From the NCBI RefSeq assembly GCF_006345805.1, contig NC_043003.1, forward strand, positions 113,150,001 to 113,214,000: 64,000 bases of DNA. Direction: 5' to 3'. The position numbers were made by a program, and so were the translations under genes. This DNA is from Octopus sinensis. Taxonomy: Eukaryota. Position 1 is the first letter of the stretch. Every line of letters begins with the position of its first letter. Below the pieces are notes generated by a model. The model saw only the letters and a program-made list of their open reading frames with translations, did no database searches and was not told where the DNA came from. Positions 53,172-64,000 of this stretch are shown here, piece by piece.

Positions 53172-53559
53172 TATATATGTATGTGTGTTGTGTGTGTGTG
53201 TGTGTGTGTGGTGGTGTGTGTGTGTGTGTGTGTACCGACGCTTATATCGAACGGTGAGAATGAATGCTGAACCCCGCACTGATGGATAAATATTCTATAT
53301 TTGTGTATTAACAAGGCAGCCAATGGTTTCATGCCAAGAAATCTTCACAATCGTTCAAGCCTGAACAGTGGTTGTTTTTAGATGTGGCACAGATGATTGT
53401 AAGGCATCTGAACTGTCTACATCAGACACTGAGACAGAGACACGTGTACCAGCACTCAAGACCACTGCAAACAAAGATCCAGGGCAACCACATCTGATAG
53501 CTCCACATATGTCAGAGCTGTGGCCATTACTGACACCTCACATTTCACACAAGTATTCC

Positions 53560-55080
53560 TGCTGAATACCAAGGGCTTTATAACATCCAAGCAGCGCAAA
53601 CCCCTATACCTGAGAGATTTAGTTACATGCAATCAAGCAATATGCATAGCATTAACAGAAACACACCTGACCACTGACATGACATACACATACCAAAGAA
53701 TGCTATATTTTGAAGTGACGGGCGGGAAAGAATTCACGGTGCAGGGGCAATGTACAACCGGGAAGATGCCACGCCTGTAGTGCTGCTGTCACATTCAAAC
53801 TCAGTCTGCAATATTCTGGTGGGACACATTAAACAGATAAAAAGGTTATATGCACTAAATATCCTCCCTAAAATCATGGGGACTCATTCGAAATCATGGG
53901 GACTCCAAATCATGGGGACTCATTCGAAGAGAGCCTCAAAAACAGGGGACAAGTATCAACCAGCTAAGACAACAGCCTTCACATAGTTCTTTTGGGGAGA
54001 ATTCAACCTCTTTAATATCGAATGGCCTGAGGCCGCATTCTCTCAGGTATGTTGTTGCATGAACAGAGGCAAGCAGTGTGTCTGCTTGATCGTAAAATCT
54101 TACTATTCATGGAGCAAAGGTGCTCCACCCAACAAGGGCAAAAATGTTATGTATATTTGCTTCACAAATAATGCGGCGCATGTCCATAATGTTAAGATGA
54201 CACCAAAGATTTCCTCTGACTTAAATTAGAACTAATAATGCATGGTCCCTAGAAATTTGCGAATAGGAAGGTTCTAGAAGCATCCGACTCCTTTCTGACC
54301 AGAACTTGCATAGAGCTGAATCAACGCCGATCATTTACAGAAAGATCTAATTGCCATATACAAATGAACTGAAGAAATCATGCAATTTAATGTTAGACAA
54401 TTCCAAGCCCTCCTCTATCAGCCAGCTTTGCACAAGAAGGAGCGGCAATCCCGGAGTCAAATACTGCGTGATCTGAGGATTGATATAAGCAACGACATCT
54501 CGTTTCATGTACATTTGACCAAGATGGTGGCAATGTGCAGGTGAGTGGCCGAATGGATTTTGGGAACCTTCAGACAAGGGACCAGGAAACTATGCTGGTT
54601 CTATGGAGGACATATGTCATCAATCGTCTAGATTACTGCTCTCAACTGTGGTCACTCCACAGTGTCAAATTAATAGCGGAACATGAGGCAGTTCAGTGAA
54701 GCATCAATGGAACAGCTGAGCGACTGGCAGAGACTGAAAGAATTACAACTCTACTCTCAGGAGTGAAGACAGGAGAGATTTGTGAGAACGGTTGGCACCA
54801 CACTTTAGCATTGAAAGTTTTGCCATTCCCCGAACTGGATGTCGCTGCTTTGTCCCAAACTTCGTACCATTCCCATCTAGAGTGAAAACGAAATACTGCA
54901 ACAGTTTGGGATTCAAAGGCTCAAAGCTATTTAATATTTTGCCAAAACCCTTGCCAAATCAACATGGAGTGGGCTTGATGTTTTCAAGAAACAACCTGGA
55001 ACATCTGCTGTCCAAGATGCCAAATGAACCTACGTAGCGGCAAGAAACTCGAAAGAGGGCAGCAATCAGAAGGAATGCCA
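53560..55080 (+). pseudogene. Degraded, internally deleted CR1-type LINE ORF2
   Basis: LNTKGFITSKQRK...IALTETHL (APE start); ETMLVLWRTYVINRLDYCSQLWS...AVQ; RLKELQLYSQE; NSLGFKGSKLFNILPK. Confidence 0.75.
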
Positions 55081-55789
55081 TTGAAAAGGTGACCATATAT
55101 ATATAAATGCATTCAGGTATACAGGCATATACACATGCATCTATCTATCTGTCTATCTATCTATCTATCTATCTATCTATCCATACACACACTCACATAT
55201 GTATATAAGTATGTGTATGAATACACACGTGTGTATGCAACGTGCATGTATATATGTATTTATATGAGCTATTTTAGTGTATTTAACAATACGTATATAT
55301 ACATACATATGCGTATTATATATTGTATATATATATATGTGGTGTGTGTCGTGTGTTTGTGTATAATTATATATATATATATATAATATATATAGTATAT
55401 ATTTATATACATATGCATATATATATTTACACGTACATTTATAAAGACGATTATATATGTTTGACACCAGTCATGTGGCTGTGAATGCTCTATTGGTTTA
55501 CACACATTATATTCGTATGACTTATTTGCATGGCATGTTTCCATTTCACCAGCAACACAAAAATTTCAACAATTTCTTAACAAAACTAAAACCAGTCTTA
55601 CTTTTCCACGTCGATTGATTGAACCCGTAAAAAGAGTTGAGCCTCTTTCTGTGATATGTTTTCTTTGTAATAGGTATACCACACTCTAATAACACACTGG
55701 GTTGGGGGATATTACATCGTTGGTCTAGAGTCAGGGAGAAGATATTTACATTGCTTTTCCACTTAAGTTCATTTAGTGTGTGTATATAC

Positions 55790-55855
<66 letters not shown>

Positions 55856-55903
55856 AGATATATATATATATATATATATAGATAGATAGATAGAGATATA
55901 GAT

Positions 55904-55935
<32 letters not shown>

Positions 55936-56565
55936 CTATAATATATATATATATATTATATATATATACGTACATGAGGAACAACATGCAGGCACATATG
56001 TCCGTCTGTCCATGTATACATGTGTGTGTGTCTGTCTGTGTCTGTGTGTCTGTATACACACACACACACACATACATACATATGTACACACAAACACACA
56101 CATATATATATGTAGGTATGTACACATGTGCATACATGCATATATGCGTATATGTGTATATGAGGAATCTTAGGCATGTAAATGGCCAAATATTCCTCAA
56201 GCTTCATATTGCCGTTTTAAAAATGATTGAAGACATCAAGATAGAAAAAAATACGTTTGTGTAGGCGTGTGCGGTAGTCGGGGTGGGGTGGGGTTTCTAA
56301 AATTATACTAAAAACCACAGAATCTTACAGAAGTCATTATCAAACTATTTAACTGGCGAGACCAATGCTTGCGGCACTTGAGTCACTAATGTAGATAAAG
56401 TCACAGGGAAGAAGTAAAGAAATTCATAAACACTATTTTATGCAGCACTTCCTCAGTTTGTACCACGAAACCTATATACATAGGTCCATACATATGTAAA
56501 CACACACACTCACATCTATCTATATCTATCTATCTATCCATCATCAATCTATCTATCTATCTATA

Positions 56566-56596
<31 letters not shown>

Positions 56597-56605
56597 TTCT
56601 ATCTA

Positions 56606-56643
<38 letters not shown>

Positions 56644-56644
56644 G

Positions 56645-56679
<35 letters not shown>

Positions 56680-57012
56680 TATATAAATATATATATAAAT
56701 ATATATATATAAATAAATATATAAATATATATATATATATTAAATATAGATATAAACATAGATATATAAATATATATATATATTAAATATATATATATAT
56801 ATGTATATATATATAAATTTATATAAATAAATATATATATATGTATATATATAAATATATATATATATAAATAATATATATATATATAAATATAATATAT
56901 ATAAATATATAATATATATAAATATATATAAATATATATATAAATATATATTAAATATATATATATATATAAATATATATATATATAAATATATATATAT
57001 TATATATATATA

Positions 57013-57063
<51 letters not shown>

Positions 57064-57718
57064 TATATATATATATATATATATATAAATATATATATAT
57101 TATATATATATATATATAATATATATATATATATATTTACGCGCAGACACACACACACACACATAATATAGACACACTTATTTACAGAGAGCGACAGACA
57201 GATAGAGAAACATATATATTCTTATACTCGGGGCTAGTCATAAATGTATGTATGTATGTATGTGTGTGTGCCATCGGCCTATCACTTTCACCAGATTACT
57301 TTCCACGTGCGTTGTGTTACATTCACGATATCATCCATTGAAAATGTTTCAACGAAGACTTATTTGGATTATTTTCGGTTGTTTTATTTTTCAGCTTGAC
57401 GTCAATTAAGCGTTATTTAATATTCTTAATATCTTATCAATCGTGGTTTTTCTAGCGGAGTGACATTTGAACGTCCATAGAAAATAGCCTTTGATAATAC
57501 TGTTGATATTGCCAATGATAAAACGATAAACTATCCTTTTGCTGACCGTCCATTAACAAATGTTGAACGATGTTAGATAGAATGGCTGACAGAGATACCG
57601 AGGGGAAAAATATAGAGAATGATGGGGGGGGAGGGAAAAGTTGATACATTGATATCCATACACAAACGCATGTATATGTTTATATATATGTTATTCTTAT
57701 GTATGTATACATATGTAT

Positions 57719-57753
<35 letters not shown>

Positions 57754-57879
57754 ACGAACAGACATACATTTGTACGCTTTTATGGAAAGAGTAGAGACTG
57801 TGAAAAAAATGAGTGATCTATTACATCAGTAGATAGGTCAAAAGTCTATGCAGAGAGGGACAAGTGGGGAGATGAGAGG

Positions 57880-58332
<453 letters not shown>

Positions 58333-59479
58333 TACTTCATGTGTAAATGCTATAAGTATAAATATTGCTTGATTTCTTGGTAATCTGAGTTCGGAAAACA
58401 ACTTATTTTACTAGATTTAGTTTTATTCTTTTTTATTTTTTCACATCTGTTCTGTGTTTAATGTCCTTTGTCAAAGAATATAACAATGCGGAATATACCA
58501 CATGCAGCAAAGAACAGAAGATGGTTGACTATATTTTATATAATGTACTCAGCCGTCTTCTGCCATTGCTGGTATGGCCAGAGTGTCGTACAGTGAAGTT
58601 GTGAGCAGTGCCAGATGCTGAGTATATTCTTCATGTGTTTAGCTATCTAAGAAATTTACGATTTGGATTCCATGATGAACAACGATTCTATCACCATGAT
58701 GAGAAACGGTTCTATCACCATCACTAACCAGATTGAAATTAGAATGATACAACCCCACAGAGTGTATAATATATCTTGTGAGGTTTGATAAAAAGTGTGG
58801 AAAGTCGTAGTAGTTTTCTCATGAAAAGGCGCTGATCCTTTCCTCCTACGTTTTTTGCTTTAGCTTCTGTGGTTAGAATGTCGTTCTTTTAAAAAGATTT
58901 ATATTTTGAAAATAGTTATGTCAGCTGATCAAATAATTCCGGTCGCGAGAAAATAGATTTGTCGTTGTTGTCCTAATCCGGCAGAATTTTTAATTTTTTA
59001 TTCAAATCATTCAAACGGTAATCATCTTGTCTTTGTAAAATATATGTTTCCGAGACAACATTACTACGGATTCACATATTTCCTTACTTTAAGAATGTGA
59101 TAAAAGAGATCCTCAGCAGGTCAAGCAATACTTTGAAAACTATTCGGACAAAGGGAGGCGGGGTCTGAAGCGGCTGAAATCGGATTAAATACCAAACATT
59201 AACCCAGATTTGGCAATCCAAGTGGTGATATAATAATAACCATTCGAATAACGGGAAGCAATTCAACTCAACACTTCCTTTAAAATTCGCAGCCGTTTAC
59301 CAATGTCAAAAATTGTTAGGTTCAGTTGAATCAGCCCTGGAAAAATGGAGGACGGAATTGTTGACTAATTTCGCTTATTTCTCCAATAGTAATTTTGTGT
59401 TAGCATTGCATTGGAGGTCTGTATCTTGTCGGGTTTGCTACATCTATATATCTTTTTTTGGCATAGAGAAGGCATGTTG

Positions 59480-59710
59480 CTTCGTAGCTAGGATATTCAG
59501 CTCACGATTGTAAGGTCGCGAGTTCGATACCCGGCGGCGAGTTTTATCCGAGCAAAAATGAGTAGTATTTGAGTTTCGAATGGCCAACCTTATTATCATT
59601 TATGTTACGCTGAATCTCCCTGGTAGGCGTGACATTTGCACATTAATTTCACGAGAAAGCTACTCCGTTGATCCACTCGACTGGGTCACTCGCTGTCGTA
59701 ACTGACCAAG
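59480..59710 (+). mobile_element. Old SINE copy with family-A tail
   Basis: GAGTTCGATACCCGG B-box; ACATTAATTTCACGAGAAAGCTACTCCGTTGATCC...GTCGTAACTGACC matches the family A tail. Confidence 0.65.
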
Positions 59711-60670
59711 AGCCAGGACATAGGAAAAGCAATGGTTTTTCTTGTGTTTTTCTTTCTTTTACTTGTTTCAGACACGAAGACCAAAATAGAATTCTTCCTG
59801 ATTACGGTGTCGACTGCAGTTGTTTCCATGAGTGTGGTAGCCAAATAAATCCTTCAGACGAGTGCAAATTATTTTCTGCATTAGTAAAAAGGGATCGACA
59901 TTTCCACTATGAACAACGAAATATTTAAGAACAGTAAATTTCCTTTCGATATGAATTTAAGAGATGTTTTAGATATTTCTGCTGTAAAGGTTTCAGGGTG
60001 ATGCATTTAATCATGATGGTGGTGGTAACAAAAATATTTCAGTGGGGGGGGGGGGGGCGCGGAACAAATATTTTAGCAAGGAAGAGTTTCAGCAATGACA
60101 AGCAACAAACTATTGGCTTCTGTTATTGCTTCCAATGAGAGAACATCGAACAAGTTTACAAACAACAAATACAATGGAGAACTATCTTCCATCGATACGT
60201 TTGAGCTTCAACAAAAAAAGAAGCACTTTGTTCAAATTTAACATCATCCAATAATCTATAACCAAAGAGACGAAATGTTGAATATAGAGGTTGTTTTTAA
60301 ATGATCGGTTCAAGGAAGCACAAGAAGTGTAGTATGATGATGGAACCACATGTACCATAATACGAAAACTTGCATTCTTCAAAATTCTTGTGAGTACCTT
60401 CAAATCTGTTCTTTAAAAGGCATTGAAGCGAATAAATGAATCGGGAAAAGGAGTATTCACTAAAGGATTCATGGTGGTTCGGCAAAAAAATCCTTAGAAT
60501 AGAACGGGTTCAATATATTGCGTAACTAATAACAAGAAAAAACTGAAACACATCTTCTCTGTGGATGTGAGAAATATTGTCACATAAAGTGCCTGAGTTA
60601 TTATTATTATCAAGTTCAGTGTGGATAAAAGCCCAACTTCTACGTCTCTATCGGCTTAGTTTTATCTCCT

Positions 60671-61068
60671 AAGGCGGCGAGCTGGCAGAAACGTTAAGCA
60701 CGCCGGGCGAAATGCTTAGTGATATTTCGTCTGCTGTTACGTTCAGAGTTCAAATTCCGCCGAGGTCGACTTTGCTTTTCATCCTTTCGGGGTCGATAAA
60801 TTAAGTACCAGTTACGCGCTGGGGTCGATGTAATCGACTTAATCCGTTTGACTGTAATTGTTTGTCCTCTCTGCGTTTAACCCCTTGTGGGTAGTAAAGA
60901 AATAGGTATTTCGCTTGACTTTACGTTCTGGGTTCAAATTCTGCCGAGATCGAATTTGCCTTTCAGGGTCGATAAATTGAGTACCAGTTGCGTACTGGTT
61001 TTGATCTAATCGACTGGCCCCCTCCCCAAACACATTTCGGGCCTTGCACCTAGAGTAGAAAAGATTAT
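60671..61068 (+). mobile_element. SINE family B dimer (tail-1 monomer + 5'-truncated tail-2 monomer)
   Basis: Two tandem central domains; the whole unit is flanked by TTTTATCTCCT (60660-60670, 61069-61079). Confidence 0.85.
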
Positions 61069-61922
61069 TTTTATCTCCTTCACATCTTTATTGAACGTTG
61101 GTCCTCTGGTGGTATTCTGCTTGGAGTCACGTGCTTCGTTGGTCTTCTACCATTAACGTTATAGTGAAAGATTGTCATTCACGTATAGGTCTATTTAGCT
61201 ACCGGAGACGTTGCTCCAGCTGAGCTGGAAACAGCAAAGATACTTTCATGGTCAGCTCTGGCTGAAGGAAGACCTAAAAAATATAGTTAAAGGTCATCAG
61301 TGCAATTAAAGTTTTCAGCATACGAGAACTCACACTTTTTCTTGATGACCTATCATTCTGTCGACCTAGTAAGATGGAAAAGCAAGGATATGTTCTGAAG
61401 AGGCCGATTCGATGCCTAAATAATATTTCGGAGTCTAGAGGCGAATTCAACGGTATTGAAATTCATTGTCGTGTGTGTCTGAAGAAATTGATCAGCCAGA
61501 AAACCCGAGGTTAGAGAATCTATAAACGAGAACAGTATCCTTTCACACTTCAATGTTCATTCTAGCGCATGCTGTCGGCCAACCCTAGGCAGACAGAGAG
61601 AGAGAAATCACGCTTTAACATTCTCAGTCAACAGTAACTTTCTGTCCGATATCGAAGAGATTCTTTCATAGATTCAATGTAGACACATCGTTTACTGCAG
61701 TATTACACACGACACCACAATATTAGATATTACATAACACGGTTATACTTTACACTAAAACATCACCCATTGCATGAAAGTTTTACGCATTGCACTACAT
61801 TATCCGCTTCTACATTATTGTTCTGCATTACACGAAAATATTAATCATTACATGATAAAATTACACGTTGTACCACAATGTTACATATGAGAATGCAGTA
61901 TTGTTGTATATTACCCAAGTAT

Positions 61923-62135
61923 GGCGGCGAGCTGGCAGAATCATTAGCTCGCTGGACAAGATGCTTACAGGCATTTCGTCCGTCTTTATGCTCTGTGTTC
62001 AAATACCACCGAGGTTGACTTTGACTTTTATCCTTTCGGGGTCGACAAAATGAGTATAATCTGATTGAGCACTGGATCGATGTAATCTCCCGCCCCCGAA
62101 ATTGCTGGCCTTGTGCCAACATTTGTAATCAATAT
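61923..62135 (+). mobile_element. SINE family B (tail type 2)
   Basis: GGCGGCGAGCTGGCAGAATC head, ATCCTTTCGGGGTCGACAAAATGAGTA domain, tail TGGCCTTGTGCCAAC. Confidence 0.8.
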
Positions 62136-62529
62136 TATATGCTACCCTGCACTGTAACACTCTTCACTTCAATATCATATATTGCAGTACTTTATAACAT
62201 ATTATGTATTTACATTATACTATAGTAGTACATGCTACGCTAAAACACTACACATTACACCATAGAACATCACATTATTCTACGATATTACTCATTACGT
62301 AACAGCATTTGTGTTACACTTGTTAAGTTTGTTCAAATGTAACTTTCTAAAGAGGGCCAGCACATGGCCATTCAGCGAAAGACTGAAACAATACTGTATG
62401 TATGTATGTATGTATGTATGTATGTATGTATGTATGTATGTATGTATGTATTTATGTATGTATGTATGTATGTATTATGTGTGTATGTATGTATGTATGT
62501 ATGTATGTATGTATGTATGTATGTATATA

Positions 62530-63049
62530 CCGTAAATCTTCGTGTATAATTCGCATTTTTTCCCCAAAATTTAAAGGTAAAAATCCCTAGTGCGTACTAT
62601 ATACGAGGTCAAAAATGAAAACTATTTTCTAAGCAATGTCCGAGTCTCTATTTGCTGTCCGGCAATATTTATTCAGACGCATTTTGTGATGTCGGACGCG
62701 AAAATATCTTAAACTAAGCCTGAAAGCAATGAAGTCATAAAAGAATCATCCATAACTTGCAGTAAGCAACATTTATTAAAATAAAAGTATTCAAAACACA
62801 GAATATCATAACAAAAACAATTTGCAAACATATTTACATTCCCATATAACAGTTAAGAACATCACCACTATTGTATTACGCATGCACGTAAGTGTTTGTT
62901 CGACTAGGTGCTGCTGGTGTAATTACGTACGACTCAAGTTAGAGAAGTGGTGCGTATTATACACAAGGTTTAGGTTTTCCAGAAGCACAGCCCCCTAAAA
63001 ATCGCCTGCGTATTATACTCAAGGACGGACTATACTCGAAGACTTACGG
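62530..63049. mobile_element. pogo/Tc2-like MITE
   Basis: TIRs CCGTAAATCTTCGTGTATA / TATACTCGAAGACTTACGG, TA on both sides, subterminal GCGTATTATAC repeats. Confidence 0.8.
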
Positions 63050-63549
63050 TATGTATGTATATATGTATGTATGTACCTCTGACATCCACTCTTTTAACCT
63101 GATCATCAGGACATAACGTGGTGCTTTCAAGGCAGCCCCTTTCGTGTAAGACTCCATCTGGCCGCCCTTCCCCACTTAGTTCTCGTCCACCCGGTTTCAC
63201 TGACAATGGATGAGGCAACCGGTGCCTTACAATTCTTTGTTGTCGGACCGAACCTGGAATGGCGAAGATTCCTTAGCCATCCTTCAATGCTAGAGTCTCA
63301 TCAACAGCAACAACCACAAACAACCTCACCACATATGCATATCAGCATAGACACATGCACACATATATACACTCACATGCACACATATATACACTCGCAT
63401 ATACACATATACACACTCACATATACACATATACACACTCACATATACACATATACACACTCATATGTATGTCACACTCCAACTTTTCATATCTCGACAT
63501 TAGTTTCGGTCTCAATTCTGCTCATCATCATTTCTCTCAACGTTTCTAT

Positions 63550-63960
63550 ATTCAATTCAATTCAGTTTTTATTGGCTCAAAAAGCAAAAGCAAGGCCATG
63601 TAGGGGGACAGAGAGGGTGTTCAGGCAAAGAGTTCAGGCCATATCTGGTCAAGCGAGACTTTGAACCGAGCGGTCGTCAGCATCTTCACTATCTCGTCCG
63701 GCAGCTTATTCCACAGATCCGCAACCCGGACGGAGAAAGTTCCTCTCCTTCGATTGAGATGAAATCGTCGTAGATAGAGCTTTCCGGAGTGACCCCGCAG
63801 CCCATGCTCTGGAGCAGGAGTGAAGAATAGCTCTTTCGAGAGGTTACACTTTCCGCTTATAATGTTGTGAGCAAGAATGAGATCACCACGGCGTCGTCGT
63901 TTTTCGAGAGAATAAAGGTCGAGCGTCTTCAGTCTTTCTTCATAAGACAAATGCTTGAGA
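63550..63960 (-). pseudogene. 5'-truncated CR1-type LINE 3' end
   Basis: LKHLSYEERLKTLDLYSLEKRRRRGDLI...RGHSGKL...RRGTFSVRVADLWNKLP; AATAAA followed by a (TGAAT)n tail. Confidence 0.88.
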
Positions 63961-64000
63961 CTCATATCTGTGTGCAAGAGTATATATGCGCGTATATTGA

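Noticed and set aside
53871-53928. Three copies of AAATCATGGGGACTC as a CRISPR-like array
   Set aside because: Head-to-tail tandem duplication without unique spacers, inside a CR1 remnant in a eukaryotic genome.
58900-60500. Possible decayed transposase fragments (58900-59270, 60100-60480)
   Set aside because: Only vague similarity, many stops and no diagnostic motif.
61395-61420. CTGAAGA-GGC-loop-GCC-TAAA hammerhead-like motif
   Set aside because: Lacks GAAA, stems I and III are not supported, and there is no Penelope context.
63070-63330. GC-richer tract that may be a LINE 5' UTR or SINE part
   Set aside because: Single occurrence in the window with no diagnostic boundaries.

Overview
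AT-rich, microsatellite-saturated metazoan genomic DNA, probably intronic or intergenic. It is most likely a coleoid cephalopod (Octopus); this is inferred from my recollection of its SINE families and repeat landscape, not from a search. I could not identify any host gene, only a few isolated exon candidates. The one long intact coding sequence is ORF2 (APE endonuclease, RT, zinc finger; 1144 aa) of a near full-length Tx1-clade LINE on the minus strand (27192-32641), whose ORF1 is frameshifted. The rest is transposon debris: five Dong/R4-type LINE remnants, three CR1-type remnants, Penelope, mariner (DD37D-like) and hAT fragments, three tRNA-derived SINE families with swappable tails, a Merlin-like MITE family with 8-bp TSDs, a pogo/Tc2-like MITE, a Helitron-like element and two foldback elements. 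The most notable patterns are four. (1) Retroelements appear to target microsatellites: a nested cluster sits in one (AAT/AAC)n array, and two Tx1-like 3' ends each sit in (GATA)n. (2) A small 3'-terminal hairpin with a CTTGT loop and covarying stem is shared by the Tx1 LINE, the GATA-embedded elements and a SINE family. (3) There is a 105-bp-arm near-perfect hairpin. (4) A patchwork insertion appears to be copied from neighbouring loci. Most ORFs in the supplied track are microsatellite artefacts.
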